A program made the position numbers and the translations under genes. A stretch of 64,000 nucleotides of DNA from the sequence record MZ574432.2; one strand, given 5' to 3'. Shown here piece by piece: positions 52,968 through 62,109 of this stretch. The notes beneath the pieces were generated by a model that had not been told where the DNA came from, ran no database searches, and saw nothing but the letters and a program-made list of their open reading frames with translations. How positions within the stretch are numbered: position 1 is the first letter of the stretch; each line of letters begins with the position of its first letter.

Positions 52968-53475
52968 GGGACAGCATCGCGTCTGGCCGGGCAAGTTTGC
53001 CCCGTTCGAGCGCGGCTGCTGCCGCTGGTGCGGCGCCACTATCCTGCGGGCCGACGGCACGGTCAACCGGCGCAAGCAGTTTTGCGATCGCCACTGCGTC
53101 AACGAGTTCCTGCTGCGGACCGATCCGCAGCGCTGGCGGCGCAACTGCTACAAGGAGTCGATGGGCATCTGCCATCGGTGCAGCGAGGTCTTCGACTATT
53201 ACGAGGACGACGGATGGGAGGCCGATCACATCGTGCCCCTCTACCACGCCCACCGGATCGGCGACTGGACCGCCTGGGACCCCGAGAACCTCCAGCTTCT
53301 CTGCATCCCCTGTCACAAGGACAAGACGCAGGAAGACTACGACACCTACGGCCGGCCCTGGCTGGACGAAAGCCCCGACGTGCTGCCCACCAGCGACCAG
53401 CCGCACCCGGATGATCTGCCTGACTTCGGCGAAGAAGACGAAATCGACTTCGACGCCGATGAAATCCCATTCTAA
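52822..53475 (+). CDS. HNH endonuclease (start uncertain) with an SSB-Ct-like tail
   Basis: C..C..ADHIVPL..ENLQLLC..CH..KT; ends DFDADEIPF. Confidence 0.8.
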   Translation: MLPTDIFAHATGRNRTGRSRGGRRKSSSPSTPSDTQGPTYPIGSSPFPRGQHRVWPGKFAPFERGCCRWCGATILRADGTVNRRKQFCDRHCVNEFLLRTDPQRWRRNCYKESMGICHRCSEVFDYYEDDGWEADHIVPLYHAHRIGDWTAWDPENLQLLCIPCHKDKTQEDYDTYGRPWLDESPDVLPTSDQPHPDDLPDFGEEDEIDFDADEIPF

Positions 53476-53491
53476 GACAAAGACTTAAGCT

Positions 53492-54376
53492 ATGATCATC
53501 GACCGCTTGCAAAAGGACGGCCTGATTGCGCCGCCCAAGTGGCTGCCGGCCAACACCCACTACCTGACCCAGATGGGCTCGATCGCCTATGCGGTCCACA
53601 CGCCCGAGAGCGACATCGACGTGGTGGGCTTCGCCATCCCGGCCAAGACCGAGGTCTTCCCGCATCTGGCCGGCCACATCGAAGGCTTCGGCGCGCCGCG
53701 CAACCCGTTCTCGTCCTGGGCGCAGCATCACGTCCAGCCGCCGGGCGGCCAGGAATACGACTTCACCGTCTACTCGATCATCAAGTTCTTCCAGCTTTGC
53801 CTGGAGAACAACCCCAACATGATCGACACCCTGTTCACCCCGCGCCGCTGCGTGCTGCACGCCTCCAACATCGGCAACTACGTGCTGGAGAACCGGCGCC
53901 TGTTCCTGCACAAGGGAAGCTGCCGCAAGTTCCGGGGCTATGCCTTCTCGCAACTGGCCAAGATCAGGTCCAAGACCGCCTCCCAGAACCCCAAGCGCCA
54001 AGCCTCGATCGACGCCCACGGCTACGACGTCAAGTTCGCCTATCACGTCGTGCGGCTGGCGCTCGAAGCCGAGCAAATCCTGACCGAGCACGACCTGAAC
54101 CTGGAGGCCAACGCCCCCATCCTGCGCGACATCCGCGCCGGCAACTGGTCGCTGGATCACCTGGAAAAGTGGTTCGAGGTCAAGGAGATCGCCCTGGAGG
54201 AACTGCTGGGCAAGTCCGACCTGCGCGCCACGCCCGACGAGGACGCCATCCGCACGGTCCTGCTCAACGCCCTGGAGATGCACTACGGCACCATCTCCCA
54301 GGCGATCGCGCGCGAGACCAATGTCGAGCGGGTCCTGAGCGAGATGCGGGCGGTCATCGACCGGCACGCCGCATGA
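53492..54376 (+). CDS. Pol-beta superfamily nucleotidyltransferase (PF10127/RlaP-like)
   Basis: GS.AY....ESDIDVVG, NPNMIDTLF and K.AYHVVRL motifs. Confidence 0.8.
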   Translation: MIIDRLQKDGLIAPPKWLPANTHYLTQMGSIAYAVHTPESDIDVVGFAIPAKTEVFPHLAGHIEGFGAPRNPFSSWAQHHVQPPGGQEYDFTVYSIIKFFQLCLENNPNMIDTLFTPRRCVLHASNIGNYVLENRRLFLHKGSCRKFRGYAFSQLAKIRSKTASQNPKRQASIDAHGYDVKFAYHVVRLALEAEQILTEHDLNLEANAPILRDIRAGNWSLDHLEKWFEVKEIALEELLGKSDLRATPDEDAIRTVLLNALEMHYGTISQAIARETNVERVLSEMRAVIDRHAA

Positions 54377-54954
54377 GCGCCATCCCCACCTCCAAGCGCG
54401 ACATCGTCGACGCCATCCTCGCGGACATCCCGGCCTGGATGGCGCCGGCCATGACCGCCCAGTTCGGTGACGACCCCGAGGATGGTCCGATCGTCGACCA
54501 CACCGCCCCGTCCAGCCTGCGCAAGCTGCTGGAGGAGACCGTGCCCTTCGCCGCCGTCGAGGAGAGCGAGTTCTGGTATCGGATCGGTGTCGTCCACGGC
54601 GTCCTGGCCCACGGCTCTGGCCGCTTTGACTGGCCGGCCGCCTTCGAGGAGGCCAAGCTGATCATGAAGGCGCGACGCGGCGACATCCCGCCCGAGCGTG
54701 TCCAGAACCGCACCTATACCCACCCCGACTGGTACACCGGCGACTGCCCCCACTTGGCGCCCTACCGCACGGCCGGCGGCTACGACGGCGCGGTCCTGCC
54801 GCGCTATCCGCTGCGCTACGGCAGCGCCGAGGTCGAGGTCTGCAACGCCTGTGAGGCCTACCGCCTCAACGTCCACAGCCCCAAGCAGTGGTGGAAGGGA
54901 CCGTACCTCGAAAAATACCGCCAAGCCATGCAGGACATAGAAGACGAATGTTAA
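54373..54954 (+). CDS. hypothetical protein (193 aa)
   Basis: ATGA coupling; C-terminal CPH..CNAC. Confidence 0.7.
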   Translation: MSAIPTSKRDIVDAILADIPAWMAPAMTAQFGDDPEDGPIVDHTAPSSLRKLLEETVPFAAVEESEFWYRIGVVHGVLAHGSGRFDWPAAFEEAKLIMKARRGDIPPERVQNRTYTHPDWYTGDCPHLAPYRTAGGYDGAVLPRYPLRYGSAEVEVCNACEAYRLNVHSPKQWWKGPYLEKYRQAMQDIEDEC

Positions 54955-55346
54955 GCGCCGCCGAATCCCGCATCGAAATCCTTGAAGAAGACCTGGAGCA
55001 GACCAAAGAAGCCCTGTCCATAACCAAGGTCTGGCTCACCGAGGACAAGCAGCGTTTCGCCGACCTGTCCAAGGACTTTGACCGGCTGGTCGAGCAGGAC
55101 GCCCTCAAGGCGGCCGAAATCCGCGATCAGGAAGCCCAGATCGAGGCCCTGACCGAGGCGCTGCAACAGGCCGAAGACGCCCGCGACAACTGGCAGGAAG
55201 CCTATCAGGACGTCGCCACGCGCCTGGAGGACATCGCCGACTATCTGCGTGAGCATCTGCCGATCGGGCACCTTCAGCGAAAGGCCAAGCAGATCAACGC
55301 CGTCCTGGCGCTGTTCGCCGCCGACGACCCCCTCACCGAAATCTAA
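54948..55346 (+). CDS. coiled-coil protein (132 aa)
   Basis: Start MLSAAESRI. Confidence 0.7.
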   Translation: MLSAAESRIEILEEDLEQTKEALSITKVWLTEDKQRFADLSKDFDRLVEQDALKAAEIRDQEAQIEALTEALQQAEDARDNWQEAYQDVATRLEDIADYLREHLPIGHLQRKAKQINAVLALFAADDPLTEI

Positions 55347-55363
55347 CCGACGAAAGACCTTCT

Positions 55364-55822
55364 ATGCCCATCCTTACCTACGGCTCGCTTCCCGAGGTTC
55401 CCGAAGCGCTCCGCTCGATCGCCAAGTCCTGCGCCTTCCCCGTCGGCGGCTATCAGGTCGAAGTCGTCCCCGCGCTGCGACTGGACGAATTCCGTGAGGC
55501 CAACATCGCCATCACCAAGGAAAATCACACCCTCAAGACCGAGAACGCCGCGCTCAAGCTGATCGACGAGGCCGCCGAGTCCGTCGCCGCCAAGCTGCGC
55601 GAGGTCCAGAACGCCTTTGAGATCGCCTGCGCCGAACGCGACACCTACAAGGCCGCCTGCAAGGAACACCAGGACACGGCCAACGAGGCCCTGAGCGAAG
55701 TGGCGCTGCTGGCCGAGTTCATCCGCGCGCGCATCGGCCTTCAGGGCCTGCGCCAGGAAGCCGCCGCCATCGACATGGTCCACGACATCGTCATCGACAT
55801 CACCGGCGAGGACGACCAGTGA
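55364..55822 (+). CDS. paralogue of the scaffold N-terminal domain (152 aa)
   Basis: MPI...L..VPEALRS.AK..V.VVP...L.EFR..NI..TK.N, shared with 56638. Confidence 0.7.
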   Translation: MPILTYGSLPEVPEALRSIAKSCAFPVGGYQVEVVPALRLDEFREANIAITKENHTLKTENAALKLIDEAAESVAAKLREVQNAFEIACAERDTYKAACKEHQDTANEALSEVALLAEFIRARIGLQGLRQEAAAIDMVHDIVIDITGEDDQ

Positions 55823-56223
55823 CTAGCATCCTCTACGCCACCAAGGCCGACGTTCCCGTCGAACTGAGCGCCTACGCCAAGCCCTACCGCGATGAGCAGC
55901 ATTTCGGCGCCGCCGTCATCACCACTGAGGGCTTGGCCGTCGAGGTGGTCGCCAAGGCCGAGTACGATGCGACCAAGGCCGCGCTCGATCTGCTGGACAG
56001 CGCCTATGGCGCCCTGGCGGCCGATCACAAGGCCCTCACCGCCGAGCGCGCCCGCCTGATCTACCAGAACGAGCAGATGAGCGCTGAGCATGCTCGCCTG
56101 ACGGCCCAGGCCGAGGAGCGCGCCCTGCTCAAGGCCTTCGTCCTCGACCACATCGCCGAGAGCGACATCGAAGATCGCATCCTCGACCTCAAGGCGGTCC
56201 GGGACGTCGTCTTCCGTCACTGA
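55819..56223 (+). CDS. distant scaffold-N-like coiled-coil protein (134 aa)
   Basis: DVPVELSAYAK..VEVV pattern. Confidence 0.65.
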   Translation: MTSILYATKADVPVELSAYAKPYRDEQHFGAAVITTEGLAVEVVAKAEYDATKAALDLLDSAYGALAADHKALTAERARLIYQNEQMSAEHARLTAQAEERALLKAFVLDHIAESDIEDRILDLKAVRDVVFRH

Positions 56224-56248
56224 TTTCGCTTAAAATACAAACGATTAG

Positions 56249-56283
56249 GCCCGCCATGACCGACATCATGGCGGGCCTTTTCT
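56249..56283 (+). terminator. intrinsic terminator
   Basis: GGCCCGCCATGA..TCATGGCGGGCC-TTTT. Confidence 0.8.
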
Positions 56284-56462
56284 GTCGTCATGGGCCTTGG
56301 GAGACACCAACGGCGGAGGACCTGCGGAGACACCCGGAGCCCTCCGCCGCTTCGCGTCCAGAGGCCGGCGGGGCCTGTGATCTGAACGCCCCCGAAGAGT
56401 GCCGAAAAACATTTCCGTCGTCAACTCAACAAAAAGCTTGACAGACGCGAGAAATGGCGCCG

Positions 56463-56500
56463 TGACGCAATTCTTGACATTAGGAATGTTTTCCTATACG
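56463..56500 (+). promoter_or_regulatory. late-type promoter motif upstream of the scaffold gene
   Basis: TGACGCAATTCTTGACA, matching 39535 and 62927. Confidence 0.6.
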
Positions 56501-56637
56501 TTGCGCCACATCCCGACAACCGGTGGTGGCTACCGAAAGCCACAGCCTACAAGTGTGTCTTAGCTCGACTGCACGAGACGGGTCGTCACGCGCGCTCCCC
56601 AGGGTGGGGAAGCCCAACCGAGAAAGTCTAAAGTTTC

Positions 56638-57456
56638 ATGCCCATCATTTCGTTCGAGGACCTGAACGCGGTCCCGGAAGCCCTTCGCTCCTTCGCCAAG
56701 ACCGAGGAAGCCACGGGTAAGGTTACCGTCAACGTCGTTCCCGAGGTCAAGCTGTCGGAGTTCCGTGACAAGAACATCGAACTGACCAAGAGCAACGAAG
56801 ACCTGAACGCCCGAGTCACCATGCTTGCTGGCATCGTCGGTGAAGACCCCGACAAGTTCAAGCAAGAGATCGAAGACATGCGCGCCGTGCGGCAGCGCGT
56901 CGCCGACGGTGAACTGCGTGAAGGCCGGCAGATCGAAGAAGCGATCGCCAAGCGGACCGAGGAGATGCGCAAGGGCTACACCGACCAACTCGCCTCCGAG
57001 AGCCGTGAAAAGGCCCTCTGGAAGCAGAAGTGGGAACAGGAGAACAACAAGTACAAGGAACAGATCGTCGTCGGCGCGATCAAGGATGCGTGTATGGACC
57101 CCGCCCTGGGCGTGGTCACGTCGGCCATCGGCGACATCACGCAGCGCGCCAAGTCGGTCTTCCGGGTTTCGGACGACGGTCGTCTGACGGCCTACAACGG
57201 CGAAGCGGTCATCTACGGCGGCGACGGCACCTCGTCGATCACGCCGAAGGACTGGGTCGTCAAGCTGAAGGACGAAGCCGACTACTTCTTCAAGGGCAGC
57301 CACGGTGGTGGCGCCGGCGGTGAAGGCGGGCGTAGCTCGTCGACCGACAAGAAGGTCGCCGGCAAGTACACGCCCGAGCAGTGGGCCAAGATGGACGCTC
57401 GCGCCCGTCTCGCCGCCGCCAACGGTCAAGACCCCAACGCCGCGTTGGGCTTCTAA
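56638..57456 (+). CDS. capsid scaffolding protein
   Basis: Coiled coil followed by YFFKGSHGGGAG; immediately upstream of the capsid gene. Confidence 0.75.
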   Translation: MPIISFEDLNAVPEALRSFAKTEEATGKVTVNVVPEVKLSEFRDKNIELTKSNEDLNARVTMLAGIVGEDPDKFKQEIEDMRAVRQRVADGELREGRQIEEAIAKRTEEMRKGYTDQLASESREKALWKQKWEQENNKYKEQIVVGAIKDACMDPALGVVTSAIGDITQRAKSVFRVSDDGRLTAYNGEAVIYGGDGTSSITPKDWVVKLKDEADYFFKGSHGGGAGGEGGRSSSTDKKVAGKYTPEQWAKMDARARLAAANGQDPNAALGF

Positions 57457-57655
57457 GAACTACCCGGTTGCAGGCCCGCGCGGTGATCCGCTGCGGGCCG
57501 CACCACCCACGAGTTTCGTACGCGGCTCTCACGACCTCAAGTCGGAGGGCTGTATGCGCAAAGAATACCCTCGGTGTCGCTGACGGCCGAGGGGCGATCC
57601 GAGGCGGGGGCCGTCTCTCAACTGTCAGTATTTTTCACCAAGAGGAGCTAGCCCA

Positions 57656-58591
57656 ATGGCTGCTTTGACCCTTCTGCAAGCCGCCGAAATGGCGAACGGC
57701 CGCGACGAAGTTAAGCGCGGCGCCATCATCGAACTGTTCGCGGAGCCCGATCTGCTGCGCGTCCTGCCGTTCATGAACGTGACCGGCTCGGCCTACTCGT
57801 ACATCCAAGAAGGCCAACTGCCCGGCGTCGCCTTCCGTGGTATCAACGAGTCGTACACGACCACGACCGGCGTCGTCAACCCCCAGACCGAACGCCTGCG
57901 CATCGCCGGCGGCGACCTGGACGTCGACAAGTCGCTGATCAAGACCCACGGCGCCGACGTTCGCGGCACCCAGGAAGCCATGAAGGTCAAGGCTCTGGCC
58001 CTGTACCTCGCTGGCAAGATCGTCAACGGCGACAGCGAAGCCGATCCGCGTGAGTTCGACGGCCTGCGCAAGCGCATCGTCGGCGACCAACTGATCGCGG
58101 CCGGCGCTTCGGCCGGTGGTGACGCCCTGAGCCTGACGGTGCTGGACACCGCCATCGACCAAGTCGACGGCGCGACCCACATCATCATGTCGAAGAAGAT
58201 GCGTAACCGTCTGAACGCGGCCTCGCGTCAGACCGGCGTCGCGGGCTTCATCACCTGGGACAAGAACGAGTTCGGCACCCGCATCGCGTTCTACAACGAC
58301 CTGCCGATCCTCGTCACCGACTACGACGACAAGAACCAGCAAGTCATCGCCTTCAACGAAGCCTGCCCTGGCGGCGGCGCTACGGTCGGCACCTCGATCT
58401 ACGTCGTGAACATCTCGGAAGCCGGCGTCGTCGGTCTCCAGAACGGCGTGATGGACGTCACCGACCTGGGCGAAGTCCAAGACAAGCCGGTGCTCCGCAC
58501 CCGCGTCGAGTGGCTGATCTCGCTCGCCGTCCTGAACGGCCGCGCTGCGGCCCGTATCTGGGGCATCAAGGACGCGGCGGTGGTGGCCTAA
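57656..58591 (+). CDS. major capsid protein (HK97-fold, phiCbK-like)
   Basis: 311 aa; GAGGAG SD; LPGVAFRGINE and GGDLDVDK motifs; highly biased codons; terminator downstream. Confidence 0.9.
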   Translation: MAALTLLQAAEMANGRDEVKRGAIIELFAEPDLLRVLPFMNVTGSAYSYIQEGQLPGVAFRGINESYTTTTGVVNPQTERLRIAGGDLDVDKSLIKTHGADVRGTQEAMKVKALALYLAGKIVNGDSEADPREFDGLRKRIVGDQLIAAGASAGGDALSLTVLDTAIDQVDGATHIIMSKKMRNRLNAASRQTGVAGFITWDKNEFGTRIAFYNDLPILVTDYDDKNQQVIAFNEACPGGGATVGTSIYVVNISEAGVVGLQNGVMDVTDLGEVQDKPVLRTRVEWLISLAVLNGRAAARIWGIKDAAVVA

Positions 58592-58626
58592 CGGTCACCC
58601 CCACCTACTCCTTCTAGGATTGTGAT

Positions 58627-58676
58627 GGGAGGGCTTCGGCCCTCCCTCCCACCGTCCACCTTCAACCTCTTTTTCT
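58627..58676 (+). terminator. hairpin after the major capsid gene
   Basis: GGGAGGGC-TTCG-GCCCTCCC, with a T-run about 25 nt downstream. Confidence 0.55.
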
Positions 58677-58691
58677 AGGGAAGCTCCTGAT

Positions 58692-59132
58692 ATGGAATCC
58701 GCCGTCCGTCACCAATACGACGCCCTGCTCGCGCTGCAAGCCATCGGCTCGGCCGCTGTCACCGCCACCGCCGTCGGCAGCAACAAGATCAGCCTGCAAC
58801 GCCTGACCGCCGGTCGCGGCGACCTCAATGGCCGCTACGGCCAAGGCGCCTTCGACGTGGTTGTCTACGTCTCGGCTCTCGACGCCACCTCGGGCAACGA
58901 GACCTACGAACTCCAGTTCGTGACCTACGACGCCGCTGGCGCCAACGAGACCGTCATCGAGAAGGCCACGATCACGTCGGCCCAGGTCGGTGAAGTCCTG
59001 GAATTCAAGTTCCAGCCGATCACCATCGCCAAGCTCGATGCCGACGCCGCCCAGTTCGGCGTCAAGATGGTTCTCGCCGGCACCACGCCGTCGGTCACCT
59101 ACTACGCCTTCGCCTCGCAGGACACCCACTAA
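58692..59132 (+). CDS. putative capsid decoration/minor head protein (146 aa)
   Basis: Beta-rich; directly after the major capsid gene. Confidence 0.65.
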   Translation: MESAVRHQYDALLALQAIGSAAVTATAVGSNKISLQRLTAGRGDLNGRYGQGAFDVVVYVSALDATSGNETYELQFVTYDAAGANETVIEKATITSAQVGEVLEFKFQPITIAKLDADAAQFGVKMVLAGTTPSVTYYAFASQDTH

Positions 59133-59250
59133 CACTGGGTCCCTGCCCGAGAGGGCATCGACGATCAAGAAGCCGCCAGCCAAAAACTGGCGGCTTTTTG
59201 CTGCCTGAACTCCGCCGCCCATAGCCTCCAAGCTATAGTGGCATCAGGCA

Positions 59251-59324
59251 TTTATGCTCTTTAGGACATAAATCTGGTTTATGCTCTTTAGGACATAAAT
59301 CTGGTTTATGCCCTTTCGGGCATA
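59251..59324. repeat. 27-bp tandem repeat of AT-rich hairpins (2.7 copies)
   Basis: TTTATGCTCTTTAGGACATAAATCTGG twice, then TTTATGCCCTTTCGGGCATA. Confidence 0.85.
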
Positions 59325-59373
59325 TCGTGACGCCGATCCTGTCATGTGACACGCATGCTATCTTAATGCAGCG

Positions 59374-59403
59374 TTTCTTGACATGCGTCGTTAACCATGT
59401 CAT
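59374..59403 (+). promoter_or_regulatory. late/middle-type promoter motif with a CtrA half-site
   Basis: TTCTTGACATGCGTCGTTAACCATGTCA, near-identical to 39543. Confidence 0.65.
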
Positions 59404-59483
59404 CAAGGACGCCTCTTCTCGCACGCCTTTGTGGCGTTGCGTCGGCCCGTTGGTGGCCCACCCTCCTCCACATTGAGAGCCCC

Positions 59484-59903
59484 ATGACGATCCCTTACGT
59501 TACCGTCTACACGCCGGACGGCGATGCCGAGACCCACAGCCGCCTGAACGCCGTCGATCTGGTCCGCAACAACGGCTATACCTACAAGCCCGGCCGCGCC
59601 TACACCCCGGTCGAGTCCGCGCCCTACGCCCAGCACGCCGCCCCCAACACGCCCGAGCCGGCTCATGCCGTCCTGGCCTCGGTCGGCAGCGGTTCGGCCA
59701 TCGGCGCGATGGACGCCGCCCCCGTCGCGTTCAACGCCCCGGCCGCCGCTGTCGCCACCCCGGCTCCGACCGAAATCTTCGACGCCGGCAAGGAAGCCGA
59801 AGCGCCGGTGATCGCCACCGAGAGCAAGCCGGCCGTGCGCCGTGGCCGTCCCTCGAAGGCCCAACTGGAAGCTGAAGCCGCCGCCGCCGCTGGCGACGAA
59901 TAA
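59484..59903 (+). CDS. putative virion protein (139 aa), Ala/Pro-rich
   Basis: Start MTIPYVTV. Confidence 0.7.
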   Translation: MTIPYVTVYTPDGDAETHSRLNAVDLVRNNGYTYKPGRAYTPVESAPYAQHAAPNTPEPAHAVLASVGSGSAIGAMDAAPVAFNAPAAAVATPAPTEIFDAGKEAEAPVIATESKPAVRRGRPSKAQLEAEAAAAAGDE

Positions 59904-60008
59904 TCCCTGGGCCTTGGCCGGAAGAGTACCCGGCTAGGCCGCGTTCCCAAGATCAAAGCCCGCCGACTACTCGGCGGGCTTTGTCGTATCTCAGCAGGAC
60001 AACCTTAA

Positions 60009-60299
60009 ATGGACACTCGCATCCTTCTGCTCGGCCCGACCGACAAGCAGACCCTGGTCGAAGGCGCGGCCAATACCTTCGAGGCCCAGCGCCCCTATTC
60101 GTCGGTGGTCATCCACAGCGATCGCAACCTCTATGTGCGCACCGGCGGCGGCGACGCCACCCCCGCTGATTTCTACTGGCTCAAGGACGCCTACCTGACC
60201 CTGGCGTCCGACGAGGGCATGGAAATCTCCGTGCTGGTGGCGGCCGACCAGGACAGCGGCGGCGTGGTGCGTTTCACTCAGGCAGGCGTGGCGGGCTAA
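60009..60299 (+). CDS. putative virion protein (96 aa)
   Basis: ORF in the structural block. Confidence 0.7.
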   Translation: MDTRILLLGPTDKQTLVEGAANTFEAQRPYSSVVIHSDRNLYVRTGGGDATPADFYWLKDAYLTLASDEGMEISVLVAADQDSGGVVRFTQAGVAG

Positions 60300-60306
60300 C
60301 CCACGG

Positions 60307-60702
60307 ATGCCATCGCTTTCCTACCCGGTCCACGCCAAGCTTTTCAACTGGATGAAGGGCGCAAGCTTCGGCGCTGCGCCCACCTCGCTCAAGGTCGGTC
60401 TTCTGACCGCTCCGCCCAATCCCGACGGCACCGGCATCGTTGAACCCGTCGGTGGCGGTTATGCCCGCCAGACCCTCGTCCTGGGCGCGATCGCCGTCGC
60501 CGACGGCATTTCCACCGCCAAGAACGACAACGCCGTGATCTTCGGCGCCGCCACCGTGCAGTGGCCGGCGGTCACCCACCTGGGTGTCTTCGGCAGTGAC
60601 GGCACGCTCCTCTTCTATGGCCCCCTGGCGGCCTCGCGCGTCTGCACGGTCGGCGACAGCATCGCCTTTGGCATCGGGGCGATCCAACTGCGTCTGCGGT
60701 GA
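60307..60702 (+). CDS. virion structural protein (tail-fibre-associated type), paralogue of 63144
   Basis: EP..GGYARQ..F...T..W..VTH.G.F..G.LLFYG motif. Confidence 0.75.
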   Translation: MPSLSYPVHAKLFNWMKGASFGAAPTSLKVGLLTAPPNPDGTGIVEPVGGGYARQTLVLGAIAVADGISTAKNDNAVIFGAATVQWPAVTHLGVFGSDGTLLFYGPLAASRVCTVGDSIAFGIGAIQLRLR

Positions 60703-61178
60703 CGGTCCTTTCCGTCAAATACACCGGCAACGGTGGCGCCATACCGGACCAGCCCCTGGCGCGTCCGGTATTGCTGCTTCAGGTCTCTGCCGACCTGATC
60801 ATGGACACCACCGGCTGGGCCGGCACGTCCTGGACCCTCGACAGCGGCGCTGTGCTGTTTTCGGATACCTCCGGGTCGGTCTGGGAACGCGCCGCTTACG
60901 GTGGCTGGGCCAGCCTCTACGCGGGCCTGCAACCCAACGACGCCTTCTGCGACGACGTCATCGCCGTCATTGATGATCCGGCCAGCGCCGTCGTCTTCGA
61001 GGTAGGCGCGATCGACGAATCGATCGAGCCGATCCTTGATCTCCCCAAGCTCCTGGCCATCACCGAGGCCCAGGTCGCAGAACTCGAAGCCGCGTTCCAA
61101 CGCGCCGGCATCGATCCCGACACCCCTGACGTCCCCGACGACGTCGACTTCGTCCTTATCTTCAACGCCGGTCTCTAG
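60699..61178 (+). CDS. putative virion protein (159 aa)
   Basis: GTGA coupling; ends like 61185 (FN.GL). Confidence 0.7.
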   Translation: MTVLSVKYTGNGGAIPDQPLARPVLLLQVSADLIMDTTGWAGTSWTLDSGAVLFSDTSGSVWERAAYGGWASLYAGLQPNDAFCDDVIAVIDDPASAVVFEVGAIDESIEPILDLPKLLAITEAQVAELEAAFQRAGIDPDTPDVPDDVDFVLIFNAGL

Positions 61179-61184
61179 GAACCC

Positions 61185-61691
61185 ATGGCAACTCTCGTCA
61201 CACGCATTTCCGATCTCGCCAGCCGCATCTCGGCCGAGATCAAAGCCCTTCGCACCCTGGTCAACGGCAACGCCGCCGATCTCTCGGCTCTGACGACCAC
61301 CGACAAGTCCAGCCTTGTCGCCGCCCTCAACGAACTGCGCACCTACACCGCCTCGGTCATCGACGACACCGCCACCTCGGCGGCGACGGCCAAGACGTGG
61401 TCGGCCAGCAAGATCACTGGCCAGATCAACGCCGCCGTCAGCGCCCTGGTCAATGGCTCGCCCGGCGCGCTCGACACGCTGAAGGAACTGGCCGACGCCC
61501 TGGGCAACGACCCCAACTTCGCCGCCACCCTGACCACGGCCCTGGGCAACCGCGTCCGTGTCGACGCGGCCCAGACCTTCACCGCCCCGCAGATGACCCA
61601 GGCGCGCGCCAACATCGACGCGGCCCAGGCCAGCGCCATCGGTGATCCCGACACCAACTTCGTCGCCGTCTTCAACACCGGCCTGACCTGA
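61185..61691 (+). CDS. fibre/head-filament-like virion protein (168 aa)
   Basis: ALDTLKELADALGNDPNFA motif typical of phage fibres. Confidence 0.75.
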   Translation: MATLVTRISDLASRISAEIKALRTLVNGNAADLSALTTTDKSSLVAALNELRTYTASVIDDTATSAATAKTWSASKITGQINAAVSALVNGSPGALDTLKELADALGNDPNFAATLTTALGNRVRVDAAQTFTAPQMTQARANIDAAQASAIGDPDTNFVAVFNTGLT

Positions 61692-61695
61692 TCCC

Positions 61696-62106
61696 ATGAC
61701 CCTGGCGGCCCGGATTAGCGCCCTCGCCGGCGCGGTCCGCGACAAGCTCAACTCCATGACCCCGCGTCTCCTGCCCGCTGGCGGGAGCGTGGGTCAGGTG
61801 CTGACCAAGACCGCAGGGACAGACTACGCCGCTGGGTGGGCAGGCCCCGCGCCCGCCACGCCAGCGACGGTCACCGTGCCCTTCCCGCCCCGCTACGAGT
61901 GGGAAGAAGCCGTGGCCAACACCAGCCTCACCGGAGCCGAGGTTCTGGCGGTCTGGCTGGCGCCTACGACGTCGAGCGACGAGAACGAAAGCGATATGCT
62001 CGATCTCGTCACCCTGACGGCCCAGGCCAGCGCCGGCGTCGTCACCTTCAAGCTCTCTTTTTCCGAACCCACGAGCGGCCCCATCAAGCTGCTCTACAAA
62101 TCCTGA
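61696..62106 (+). CDS. putative fibre-associated virion protein (136 aa)
   Basis: LPAGG..GQVL.K...TDY...W motif. Confidence 0.7.
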   Translation: MTLAARISALAGAVRDKLNSMTPRLLPAGGSVGQVLTKTAGTDYAAGWAGPAPATPATVTVPFPPRYEWEEAVANTSLTGAEVLAVWLAPTTSSDENESDMLDLVTLTAQASAGVVTFKLSFSEPTSGPIKLLYKS

Positions 62107-62109
62107 TCC

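Noticed and set aside
59251-59324. mini-CRISPR
   Set aside because: The repeats are directly adjacent, with no spacers.
59233-59424. 63-aa minus-strand ORF with CPKEHKPDL repeats
   Set aside because: It is a translation of the 27-bp DNA repeat, antisense to the structural operon, with no SD; treated as non-coding.
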